The position numbers and the translations under genes were made by a program. Below the pieces are notes generated by a model, which worked only from the letters and a program-made list of their open reading frames with translations, was not told the DNA's origin and made no database searches. Shown here piece after piece: positions 23,901 through 37,185 of a stretch of 64,000 nt of DNA (position 1 is the stretch's first letter; each line of letters opens with the position of its first letter). The stretch comes from the human T2T-CHM13v2.0 reference genome, Homo sapiens. The stretch lies in the NCBI RefSeq assembly GCF_009914755.1, contig NC_060931.1, one strand, 5' to 3'.

Positions 23901-26861
23901 CCTGCTGTCTTCTCTCACCTCTCTCTATAGGGAGCTTCAAGTCACACCATGTGGGTGTTTTACAAATTGAATGGATGGAAGTATGTAGTTAAGTAATTCA
24001 CTTCTGAATATCTTGGTTAGAGTGTTTCCTAATATTTTTCTATTTCTTTAAAAAATTCTTCTCCTCCTTTCTTTGCTCCATATTCATTCTGTATTTTATT
24101 ATTTCAATTTTGTTTAGGTTGATTATATGTTGTCTTTCTATTTCTCTTCACTCATATTTTCGGTTCTTTTTTATTGAATTTGTCAAGATGTAAAGAACTG
24201 AAGTCACTATATTATAAAAATTCTAAAACTGGTTTTCTTAAGCAAACAAATATATTTAAACTTTACTAGAAAATTCTATTCCCATGTTTTATAAGTTGAA
24301 GATATCAAAGGCATTTCAAAATCCAGTGAAATATATTTACTGGGAATAATGTTACACCCATACAGGGGACTGCAGTAATGCTTATAATATAGATTAGCCA
24401 ATAAGCTCATCTCTCCAAACATTTGCCATTGTTCGCTTCCCATGTAGTTGTTTATGCATTCCCAAAAGAGAATATTGCAAAATATGAGTCATTAAATATT
24501 CTGCAAAATTTATGTTTACTTAACTTAAAATTTGGACAACTTTTTTAAAATTAAAGAGAACATCTACTTCTGGCCATGAGGTGGTAAGTGAATCAGATAT
24601 GGCTTCCTGTTATAACAACTAGAAGACACAACAAAACACCTGAAATAACTATTTTCAGACATTAGATCACTGGTAGCCCAGAACTGTGATCACTGAAAAA
24701 AATAAATAAATCAATGAGGTACAGTCTATATAAAGGCACTATCCAGGATGGGGAACCAAAGCAAATCATGGTAGCATTACGAAGTCAAAGAGACAGAGAT
24801 TATAGTTCAGCATAGGTTAATTGGCTGGGATTTGGAGGACAAAAGTATAAGGTGGAAGGAAACCACACAAATAAATAGCCCCATAATGCTTCTTGTAAGT
24901 CTCACATTTTTTGCCAGCTTCTAAGATGCACATGTGTTACCGTGAGATGTTTTGATGCAGGCAAAGAATTAATGGAGGAAAAAAAAACAACAACGACTAT
25001 TATTGGGGATTGTGAACTGAGCAATTTCAAGAGGTCACACAGGACTGGGACAGATTTAAGTTTTAACCAGCCAGAATGAAGAGATCTCAATGAACATTCA
25101 GGATTTAGATAGAGACTCTGAATTGGACATGTTCTGTTAGCAATACTAAATTAGCACTAGAATAGAGTAAAAACCACACCACATCCATCATAACAAACTT
25201 AATAATAAACCTAAAAAATATTAAATTGGTGAACAGGACAATTTAATTACCTTCTAATATAATCTTCCAAACTCTTTAAAGAAAATAAAAAGTTCAGAAA
25301 CTCAACAATATAATATTTATAATGTCTAGCATCCAGTAAAAAATTACTAGACATAAGAAGAAGAAAGAAAACATGACCAATAGTAAAGAGAAAGAATATT
25401 TTTAAGAAGACTCAAAATTGACATAGAGGATGGTATTAGCAGACAAGAACTTTAAAAGAGCCACTATACATGTATCCACAAATGTAAATGTAAACATGAA
25501 TAGTAAGTGGAGAGCAATGAAAGAGCAAGAAAAGTAATTTATATCATTAACATGAAATATAATATCTAAAATGAAATAGTTACTGGACATGCAACAAATT
25601 AAACAGATCAAATATTATTAAAGACATAGCAAGGGAAACTGCGCAAAATGAGGTACAGAGAGAATAAAGCTGAAAAATAAACAAGGTCTAGGTGACTTTG
25701 GATTAATATTAAACAATGTATTTGAATAAATAATAACCAAATATTTAACAAATTTGATAAAGCCAACAAACTCACAGATACAAAAAACTAACCAAATTCC
25801 AAACAGAATAAAGACAAATAATTCTACATCAAGGTTTATCATAAACAAGATGCTAAAAGTAATTAATGGAGAGACTATTCTAAAATCATCAAGGATAAAA
25901 AGACACATTACAAACAGAGGAGTAAAGATAATAAGCACTACTGATATTTCAAGGAAACAATGCAAGTTAGAAAATAATTCAATATGACATCATTAGTGTG
26001 CTAAAAGGGGAAATAAACTTATCAACTTGGAATTTATAACTAATGAATATATATCATTCAAAAGTAAAAGCAAAATAAAAACATTTTTTAACCAAACATA
26101 GCTGAAATAATTACCTTTCAGTAGACATACACAACAACAACAACAAGATAAAAGAAGTTCTTTAAACTGAAGGAAAATTATCCAAACAGAAACTTAAATC
26201 CACACAGAGGGAATGGAGACTACCAGAAATATTAAATGTGAAATATAAAAAAAGTATTTTCTTTCTCATTTTAAATTACTTTAAAAGGTAATTACCTTTA
26301 AAAGGGAATTGTTAGTAATATATAGAGAAGTAAAATGCATGAAACGATAGCATAAAATAGAGGATTGGGGACTAGAAAGACTTGTGCATTATATGTGCAG
26401 TAGTATTTTATATATGGAGATGGACTCTAAGTTAAAGACAATAGTGCAGATAAAATAAAAAACTAAAAAATTAGCATTAATAAAGAAGGCAAGAAAAAAT
26501 ATAGAAAATGTGCAAAGAGTAGGAATACTAATAGAAAACAACAACATTGTAGACTTAACTTTAATCACATGAATAATTGAATTAAATGTAAATTGTCTAA
26601 ACAAACTGAATTAAAAATTAAGACCCTATTTTATGATGTCCATAAGAAACTTGATTTAAATGCAAAAACACAGGTTAAATGAAAAGTAAGAAAAAATGTG
26701 TAAGATAAAAACACTAATTATGAAAGAGCTAGAGTAGCCATATTAGTATCAGACAAAGTAGAATTTAGAAAAAGAAATACTTTCAGTGATAAAGAAACAT
26801 ACTATATAAGGACAAAACATTAGTTCATCCAAAAGATATAACACTAAATATGTACGCACCT

Positions 26862-27005
26862 ATGGTAACCAGTCTCTAAGACAGCCTTCAATGACCTCCA
26901 CTTCCTGAAATTCATATTCTTTTGAGTCCATTCTAACATTGTACTAGAGATGGTATGTGTAATAAAAATGTAAGTCAGACATGTCAATTCTGATATTAGG
27001 TTATA
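26862..27005 (+). mobile_element. MLT1 (E/F-like) LTR 5' fragment inside the L1
   Basis: tatggtaaccagtctctaagacagccttcaatgacctccacttcctg...tctgatattaggttata. Confidence 0.6.
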
Positions 27006-28912
27006 GAAATATTTTTTGAAAATCTTCAAATTATTAAATTAAAAAATTCTAAATATTCCTGAGAAAATAAGAGAGTATTTAAAACTAAATGAAAGAAAAA
27101 AATAATATTAATAATTTGTGGGAGTTAGGTAAAGCAATACTTACAGGATAATTTATAAATTTAAATGCTCATTTTTACAAAGATGTTTAAAATCAATGAG
27201 TTAATCTTTTATATTAAGAAGCTAGAGGAAAAAAGCAAACACAAGGTAAATAAGAGAAAGTAGAAATAAATAGAAAGAGTGGACATTCAAGGACATAAAA
27301 AACAGAGAAACAATAGAGAACACCAATTCATCCAGTACGTCTTTTAAATGATCCATAAAAATCAATAAAAAGGATACACAAGTAGCTAGACTAAAATAAA
27401 GGAGAAAACAAAAATGATGCATATTAGGAATGTAATAGAAGATATCACTATAGATACTACAGAAATCATAAACATAACAAGTAATATTATGAACAATTTT
27501 GCATGAAGAAATTTGGTAACAACAAACTTGACAAATTCTTTCTAAGGTAGAAACTAAAATAGGAAGACTTTAAAAATTGGAATAGCTTTATACCTGTTAA
27601 ATAAATTAAATTTGCAATTTAAAATATGTCATATAATAATGCAAAGCTCAGAAGACTTTACTGCTCCATTTTATTAGATATTTAAATAAGAAATTAAGTA
27701 ATTTTAAACTAAATCTTTCACAAAAGTAGGAAGTGAACACCTTTCAACTCAGTTTATGAAGTTGGCATTACCCTGATAGCAAAATCAAACCAAAACACAA
27801 AACCCAAACCAAAGCAAAAAGAGACAAAAAAAAAAAAAAAAACAATAAATCCTGAACAAAATAATAGCTAATGGAATCCAGCCTAATGGTGAAAGAAATA
27901 TATACATCCTAACCTAGTAGAATTAATTCCAAGCATGTAACTTAGTTTTTCCTTCAAATATCTATTAGTGAAAATCACCAAATTACAAAAAAGAAAAAGC
28001 TATAATCTAATCATTGTAAAAAATGTGTTTGATAATATTTGACATCCATTGATTAAAAACTTGGTATACTAGAAACAGAAATTAGCTCTTTAAACTCAGT
28101 GAAAAACATCTATTGAAAACCTACATTTACTTTTATAATTAATTCTAAAACAAAGAATGTGTCTCCATTAATATCAGAAACAAGGTAAGGATGCCTGCTC
28201 TTACCTCATCATGGTATTAGGGAAGCTTGCTGGTTAAATAAGGCAAGAAAAATATATAAGTCACATATATTCACAAGGAGAAGCAAAACTGCCTTAATTT
28301 AGAAATTACATGATGATTTATTTCTATGACCACATAATCTAGGGGGATAAAACATAACTCAAAAGTAAATTTATCAAGGTCATGGGATACAAAATGAATA
28401 CAGAATTCAATTGGATTTCTATATACTAGAAATAAACAACTGAAAAATTAATCTCAAAAATATAATTTACAATAGCACTAAAAACATAAAATATTTCATT
28501 ATAATTTTTTCAAAATACTTAGAAGACCTGTAAATTTATAGTTAGAAAATACTGTTGAGAGAAATTAAAGATATTACTAGATAGTTAAATAATGTTTATG
28601 AATTGAAAGACAATACAATTAGCATTGAAGTTCTCCTCAAATTGTCCTGCAAGTTCAGTGCAATCCTAGTCATAATTCCAGTAGTCTTTTTTTTTTTTTT
28701 GTAGTATTGGAAAAGCTGATTTCAAATTTATTAGGAAAAGCAAAGAATCTCAAATAGAAAAAAAAAAAGGTGTTCTTAGAGTTAAAGTAATTGACATAGC
28801 GTGTTAATGGTTAGGATAAGTAGGTAGTTCAATTTGAAAAAAAAAAAAAGCTCAAAACAGACCCACAATTATCCAATCAACTGATTGTTGAAAAAGTTGT
28901 CAAATCAGTTCA

Positions 28913-29225
<313 letters not shown>

Positions 29226-29543
29226 ATTCAGAGAATATTTTAAAACAAATATTGATAAAGCAAATAAATATATAGAAATAAAAATATATCAGCTCTTTTA
29301 CCAAATGAAAAATTAATTTGACATGAATTACATACCTAAATACAAAAATTAAAACTATTAGACTCTAGAATAAATATGGAAGAAATCTTTTGATATTTGA
29401 GTAGAAAAAAATTTTATAAAGGGCATGAACAGCATTAACCACACAAAATTAGTAAATTGAACTTCACAAAATTTTTAAAATCTGCTCTTCACAAAAATGT
29501 CTTAGAAAATGAAAGGCAAGCCAAAGAGTGGGAGAGTATATTT

Positions 29544-29974
29544 ATTTTTTATATCACATTGTGAATTGGCAATTTATAATTACATAAAGTTGTGGGGTAC
29601 ATAGTGATGTTATGATATATGCATACAATGAGATGATTCCGTCAAGCTAATTAACGTACTATCACTTCAAATACCTATCTTTTTTGTGGTGAAAACATTT
29701 GAAATTTACTTTCTTAGCAATTTTGAAATATACAATACATTATTGTTAACTACAGTCCCCATGCTGTGCAATAGATCTCAAAAAACTTTATTTCTCCTCT
29801 CTAAGTGAAACTCTGTACCCTTTAATCAGCATCTCTCCATTCCCTCTACTTCCCCGGCTTCCCATAACCACCATTCCACTCTCTGCTTCTGAGTTCAATT
29901 GTTTTAGATTCTACATGTGACATCACGCAGTATTTGTCCTTCTGTCCCTGGCTTACTTCACTTAGCATAATGTC
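29544..29974 (-). mobile_element. L1MA 3' end inserted antisense into the old L1
   Basis: L1MA 3'UTR motifs (ggggtacatagtgatgttatgatat, ccatgctgtgcaatagatctc); 15-bp TSD tgggagagtatattt (29529-29543) / tgggagtgtatattt (29975-29989). Confidence 0.88.
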
Positions 29975-32359
29975 TGGGAGTGTATATTTTTAATACATAC
30001 ATCTGACAAAGAGTTTGTGTCCAGAATATACATTTAAAAAAATACTTTACAACTCAATAATTTTAAAAAAAATACTATTTAAAAATAAACTAAACGTTTG
30101 AACAGATGCTCACAAAAGAATACAAATGTCAAATAAGCATATGGAAAGATATTCATCATATTTAGTCATCTGAGAAATGCAAATTAAACCACATTGAGAT
30201 AGCCCTACATACCCATTATAGTGGCTAAATTAAAATGACCTGACAATCTCAAGTTTTGGCAAGGATGGAGAACAATGAGAACTCTCATACATAGCAGCTC
30301 CCAGTGTAAATAATACAGCAACTTTGGACACTTTCTTGTAAAGTTAAATGTATATGTACCATATAACTCAGGAATTGCATTCCTGGCTATTTACTATAAA
30401 ACCTAAAACCTAAGCCCACAAAAAGACACGTACAAAAGTGTTCATAGCATATTTGTTCAAATTGCCCCACATTGGAAACAATTTAAACACCCATCAAAAA
30501 GTGAATGCATTATTAAATGTTGACTTATTAATATATTCATATAAGGAGATATTACTCAGTGATAAAAATAAATAAAATATAAGATTAGCCACTACTCTTG
30601 GATGAGTCTAAACAAACAAACAAAAAAACAAACTAAGCTAATCAAAAGAAGCCAGACATGAAAGAATGCACACAGTATGGTTCCCTGAGATGAAATTCCA
30701 AAATAAGCAAAATAATCTATGGCAACTCAAATTAGATCAGTGGTTGCTGAGAGCCAGGGGTTGAATGAGGGTGATTGGCTGCAAAAGAGAATGAAGGAAC
30801 TTTTCCGGGTGATAGGAACACTCTATTCTTCGGTTGTGGTGGTGTGAATATGGGTGTGTCCATTTTCCAAAGTTGCTTAGGCCGGTGCTTTTCAATCTCC
30901 TTCTGTGGCCCTGTATTTCCCTTTCCATCTGCATTAGCTGGTGACTAGAACTGATGGAGAGATATAATAGCATTATTCACATTTTCTTGTAGATATTCAT
31001 AAAGAAAAAGCATAATGAACATTCAATAAACATTTGTCAATTCATTTTGAAATGCAAGTATGTTCCTCCTATTAAATAAAGTAATTCTCTGTGCCTTTCC
31101 TTGAGGGGAGAATGACTAACACAACCAGGAAAATCTTCATTCAAACCCATGATGGTTGTGGTAATATTACCAAAAATAGTTTTGACCAAAACTGCTCTTA
31201 ATTAGACATAACTGATCAACAAAAGCAGAACAGGATTTTTGTTTACTTCAGAAAAGATGATCAGCAAACCTGAGTTATTTGCTTTTAAAAATTCCAGTTA
31301 ATTGAGTGTTAGCGATAATTAAAATGTTTCCTCTTCTATTATTTTGTTTTGTTTATAAAATGTAACAATATAAATTATTTTATTTATTTAATCACTTCAA
31401 ACTACATTTGGATCTGCCACATTATGATTCTTTTAATTACATGGGTAATTAAGAAGATTAATGTGAATTTGAAACAGAAAGAACTAGCAGGGGTGCAGGA
31501 CCAAAATCCAACCCACCCTAGAGTCTTTGCTGTTCAAAGACTTTCTTTGCTATTCAACTGGCAAAATACAGCTACATCCCATTCACTATTAGTATCAGAA
31601 TTATGCCTGAGAAAAGGAGACCCTTTAAAGAGGATGTGTTTCAGTTTCAGCTTTGACAACAGCATTCTTGGCCTTTCAGATGCCATTATACCCTTTAACA
31701 CTCTTCATTTCCACCTTACCTCTGTAATCACCTCACAAGGGAACATAATGCCACAACTACATCACAGGAGATATGGAATTCTATTATGAGCATGTATTCA
31801 AAATTAACTCTGACTGCATCTTTGTTTTAATCAGTAAGTTCTTGATAAACTTGATTTGGAAATGCATATCCATATAAACTAGGTTTGCTCTTATTTCTTC
31901 TCATTTTTGTCCACCATACTCATAAGAAAATACTACCACGGTATGAATAACACTTTCAGTATTTCTTTGTGAGGAATATCTCAATTTCATTTTACTATTC
32001 ATGCAATGTTTTTATGTGGAACTTGATAGATGGAGAACATGCATATTGAAGAAATCATTTTTTACACCATATAAAAAATGCAATATGATTATAAATTAGT
32101 TGCTCATTTTTATGTGGATGATATGTACATAATACTGTATATATGTCATATACACACATGTACTTTTAATCATAACATTTTATTTTTATGAAAAATTAAT
32201 ATAATATGGTAATTTATGTGTTTTTCTTAAGAAGAGACACCATAATGCCAAAAGTAAACATACTCCTGAGGAAAACATAGCAATGTGAAGGAATTGAGAA
32301 GTATGAAAAATGAAGAGAGGTAGGAACAATATTTATATATCAAAAAAGAGAAGAATTCG

Positions 32360-32770
32360 ATTGTGAGACAACCGTCCATGGGCTTTTGTGTTTGGGCATG
32401 TCTTGTGAATAGAGACACTGTCTGCCTTTATTCCAGACTATCTCAAGAATGTTTGTAAGATGAACAACCTTTGAAAAGAGAGATAGCATCTTTCTCTGGA
32501 GCAAAGGGCTGGTTTGTTTACTGTCCATTGCCATAAAAATAGTGTCTCCCTCTGGAGCAAGATCAGGTACACTTACTTCCCATTAAAAAAGATATGAGCT
32601 CTGCTAGCTCAGGATTTCTCTCCTGTAATGCTCCCAACTGCATGTCCAGGTATCATCTGACTCTCTTTTGGTTACTCTGGAAAATGGAACTTGGGTAGTT
32701 GGCATAAATACTGATACTCTAGCTACTGCTGTTGCTGTGCATGCATGATAAACTGTCCTTTTTCTCTGGA
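32360..32770 (+). mobile_element. MER89-like ERV1 LTR fragment
   Basis: gagacaaccgtccatggg...gcctttattccagactatct...atagtgtctccctctggagcaag...tactgatactctagctactgctgttgctgtg. Confidence 0.65.
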
Positions 32771-33560
32771 TCAAATTTCAAATTTATTTGAAGGATCATA
32801 GACTTCTTCAATGCCAGAAGGGATTCCTGAATCTTTGTTTTTTGTAAAGTTCCCTTAGCATGAGAAAAGTAAGAAGCTGAAATACTAATTAAAGATAAAA
32901 TAATAAAATCCAGACCAGAACTGAAGCAGTTATATTTTTGCCTTATGAAGTTGAAATTCCCATAGAGAAGGACCTGGTGAATAGAAGCAAATGGGTTCCT
33001 TATTTCTCTTCAAGAAAACCCCACCCCAAGTAGAGTAGTTCAGGCACAGATGAGACACCTATTTGCTCTCCATTACTGGCCAGTTACAGGCAAATCAATG
33101 TTACCGTTCAGCCACCCAGCCTCTTGTGTTTTGTGTTCCCCAGTAAAAGAGTGGCAAATTTAGTGACTCCAGTAAGTTTATCCAAATACCCCATTTGATA
33201 ATTTGTGACAGTGCCACTTTTGCATCATCTGGCAGTGGGTGGCTGTGGGGTACTTAATTGATGAACATTCCCTCCACACATGACCAGTGCAAATATCGTG
33301 GAGCATGTCTGCTTTTCAAGTCCAGGTTTTCGTAAAAGAGCTAGGAGAGTACAAACCAAATTCACTTATGAAGCATCAGCAGAGGGATAGGTAGCAGAGA
33401 GTAAGATGAGAAATAAATATCTGGGGCACTTTTTGTGGAGCTATAAAATATTTATCAACCAGCAGGAAAATTCTTATGTAGATGAACTTATTTACATGTT
33501 ATTCACAACTAACCACTCCCTTCCTCCACCGCCACCACCACCTTTAAGAAATAGGATTTT

Positions 33561-33868
33561 GGCCGGGCGCGGTGGCTCACGCCTGTAATCCCAGCACTTT
33601 GGGAGGCCGAGACGGGCGGATCACGAGGTCAGGAGATCGAGACCATCCTGGCTAACACGGTGAAACCCCGTCTCTACTGAAAATACAAAAAATTAGCCGG
33701 GCGAGGTGGCGGGCGCCTGTAGTCCCAGCTACTCGGGAGGCTGAGGCAGGAGAATGGCGTGAACCCCAGGGGGCGGAGGCTGCAGTGAGCCGAGATTGCG
33801 CCACTGCACTCCAGCCTGGGCGACAGCGAGACTCCGTCTCAAAAAAAAAAAAAAAAAAAAAAAAAAAA
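33561..33868 (+). mobile_element. Young full-length AluY (Ye-lineage-like)
   Basis: Almost all CpGs intact; variants gagacgggc, gggcgaggtgg, gaaccccagggggcgg, gacagcgagac; uninterrupted A run 33841-33868; perfect 15-bp TSD aagaaataggatttt (33546-33560, 33867-33881) at a TT/AAGA site. Confidence 0.97.
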
Positions 33869-34003
33869 GAAATAGGATTTTCTTTGACTGGGTGAGTTCT
33901 TTGGATATTTTTTTGTCGTGGAGAATTTGTATAATGTAATGACTCTGAAGGGGGGCAACCCGTAAAGATGAAATTGATCTGTATAATCTACATAATAGAG
34001 TGA

Positions 34004-34478
<475 letters not shown>

Positions 34479-35047
34479 AATAGAAAGGTTTCTGAGAGCA
34501 GTTGGCATACCTGTGAAGTAAATTAATAGGGGAAGCAACAAGGAGAGAAAATTTTCTATACCTTTACCAAATGTCAATAATTCATTTTTCCCTTTGCCAT
34601 TTGGAGACACAGAATGAAGATTTTAAATAATTATTTTTAGGTTTTTGGTTATTGGATCCTTTCCCTTTATACAGCATTATGCCAAGACTGAAGCTTTAGT
34701 CAGGTTAGATTTGTTTAAGATATCTTTTTTCTTTAGTTCTTAATTAAAAAAAAATGAAACCTGAAGCGAGAAGGCTTTTTGGCCCTCCATCAATATGAAT
34801 ATATTTTCTACAATAATAGCTTCATTAAGAGCTAACACCTGAATAGAGAATCATTAAAAGACAGTCAGCCACAGTGAAAGCTAGAGAAGGTATTATGAAA
34901 AAAGACTGCCTGCTCTTTAGTTTGTCTTCTTTCTCATTTTTTTGGGGGGCCCAGTTATTTATATCAGCTATTATGGAAACAAAAAATGAAGTATTCTGTC
35001 AGCAATTCAAAGTAACAATCTTTTACCATTTGATATTAATCTTGAAG

Positions 35048-35153
35048 ATAGTCCATAATCTTCCCACCCGTGTTAGAATAAATGAGACTTTCAGCCCATT
35101 TTAATGCTGAATAAAGCAAGATTTTAAAAAGTAGACTAAATCATATGAGTGAT
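35048..35153 (+). repeat. Left arm of a 106-bp inverted repeat
   Basis: Matches the reverse complement of 36474-36579 with 6 substitutions and no gaps (hand alignment). Confidence 0.95.
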
Positions 35154-36258
35154 ATTAGTGTAAACCTTGGAATTTGAAACTCAACGTTGTCTCTGAACTC
35201 ATGGAAAATTTAACCTCCTGTTAATAACATTTAATTGACAACTCTGTAACACTATTATGAGTATGTGTGTGCAATTATATTTAATCTACTATTAAATTCT
35301 AACTTATGAATACAGAAGTAACCCCTATTTGAAATGTTAATGATGCTGTTTGTGATATATTATGATATATATGGTTCTGAAAAGTTAAATAAGTGTCATT
35401 CAAGATGTCACACATAAATATAGAAATGAATCTAAATGTACAGTGTTTTTTATCACAAACTAAATTACAAATATATTAAAAGCAGATTTTTAAATATTGC
35501 CTTCTAGAATAAAATATGCATATATTACCTGTGTTTACTATTGTTCCAGGTATATGAATTAATAATTATAAGACACACAGTATCTGGTTATTTGTACTAT
35601 GTAACAGAAACCTGCCATATTAATTGTTTCTTTTAGAAATACAGATAATTGTAATCCAGTGATTGCCTTTGTTCCAAGCAATGGATTTTAATTACATTTA
35701 GAAAATGTAATTAATAATAATTATATTATTACAACTGCACAATATTAATTACAATTACATTATAATAAAGAACTCTAATTCCATTTGGAAAAAATAGAAG
35801 TGGTTTTGAAGCTCAAGGCATTCTTTCAAATTCTGTTTTTTTTAATTATTGCTATTCTTTTTAGAATAAGTATTTTCTCTTTTTACCAGTTTGACCTCAT
35901 GATGCCCTGAGTATATTGTATTTTTGAATCAGTATTCAGCCTGAACAGATAAAAGAATAATTAAATCAGTCATAAAACCAGTTTGGATAAGTTATTTTTT
36001 GCATGATTGTTAAAAGGTGGGAAGGGTTACTGTTAAAAATTTTTGAATTGATGTATTTGATTGAATTGGCCAATTACAATAGTGCAGGTGACAGACAATG
36101 TTTTGGTCTCCAAGTATAGTAAAAGTAAGTCAATTTATTTGACAATGGGATCTAAGTTCTTAGGACACTATTTTCATGAATCAGTTTGATTTTGGATTGT
36201 GTTTGAGGTTTTCTCCAGATTTATAACTTATAAATCAAAATTAAAATCTTTGGGGACA

Positions 36259-36292
36259 GTTGCTTTTTGGCCTTTGGCTAAGATCAAGTGTA
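36259..36292 (+). pseudogene. 3'-truncated U2 snRNA retrocopy (nt ~1-35)
   Basis: gttgctttttggcc-tttggctaagatcaagtgta versus U2 ATCGCTTCTCGGCCTTTTGGCTAAGATCAAGTGTA (4 substitutions, 1 deletion); exact 15-bp direct repeat taaaatctttgggga at 36242-36256 and 36291-36305; TT/AAAA site at 36241-36246. Confidence 0.92.
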
Positions 36293-36473
36293 AAATCTTT
36301 GGGGATAAATTTTTTAAAACCCGTATAAGAGATATATGCTAATTTTCACCCAATCTCTGGAATGTTTAGTTAGTTCTGTGTCACCCTTAGTTCTTAAAAC
36401 TGTTTCACAGAATATCCAGATACCAGATTATCATTTTCTGATAGCTTATTTATAGTTCTCTAAACTCATAGAA

Positions 36474-36579
36474 ATCACCCATATGATTTTGTCTACTTTT
36501 TAAAATCTCGCTTTATTCAGCATTAAAATGGGCTGAAAGTTTCATTTATTCTAACATGGGTGGGAAGGTTATGGACTAT
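36474..36579 (-). repeat. Right arm of the 106-bp inverted repeat
   Basis: Reverse complement of 35048-35153 at 100/106 identity. Confidence 0.95.
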
Positions 36580-36837
36580 GAGTTCTAACTATTGGAAGTA
36601 TCCTTGGACTCCAGCAAGGAATGGAGTAATACTGCGTTAGAAAAAGTAAAAGGACTTTGCCTTTATGCTTGTCAATCTCTGTCTTGGTGTTGTAACGAGA
36701 GTTCTTCGTGGCACAGAAGCCAGATGTGCATGCTAACTATCCCGCCAGGTTATGGGACAGTACTAATATGTACCCAAGAAACTTCTAAACTAACAACAAC
36801 AAAAAAAAAACTTATACAAAAGTGAAAAAATTAATAA

Positions 36838-37185
<348 letters not shown>

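Noticed and set aside
25402-25987. ORFs of 69-115 aa
   Set aside because: Sense and antisense readings of the decayed L1 ORF1.
31349-31789. 146-aa ORF
   Set aside because: Non-ATG start, AT-driven composition, and no recognisable domain or exon structure.
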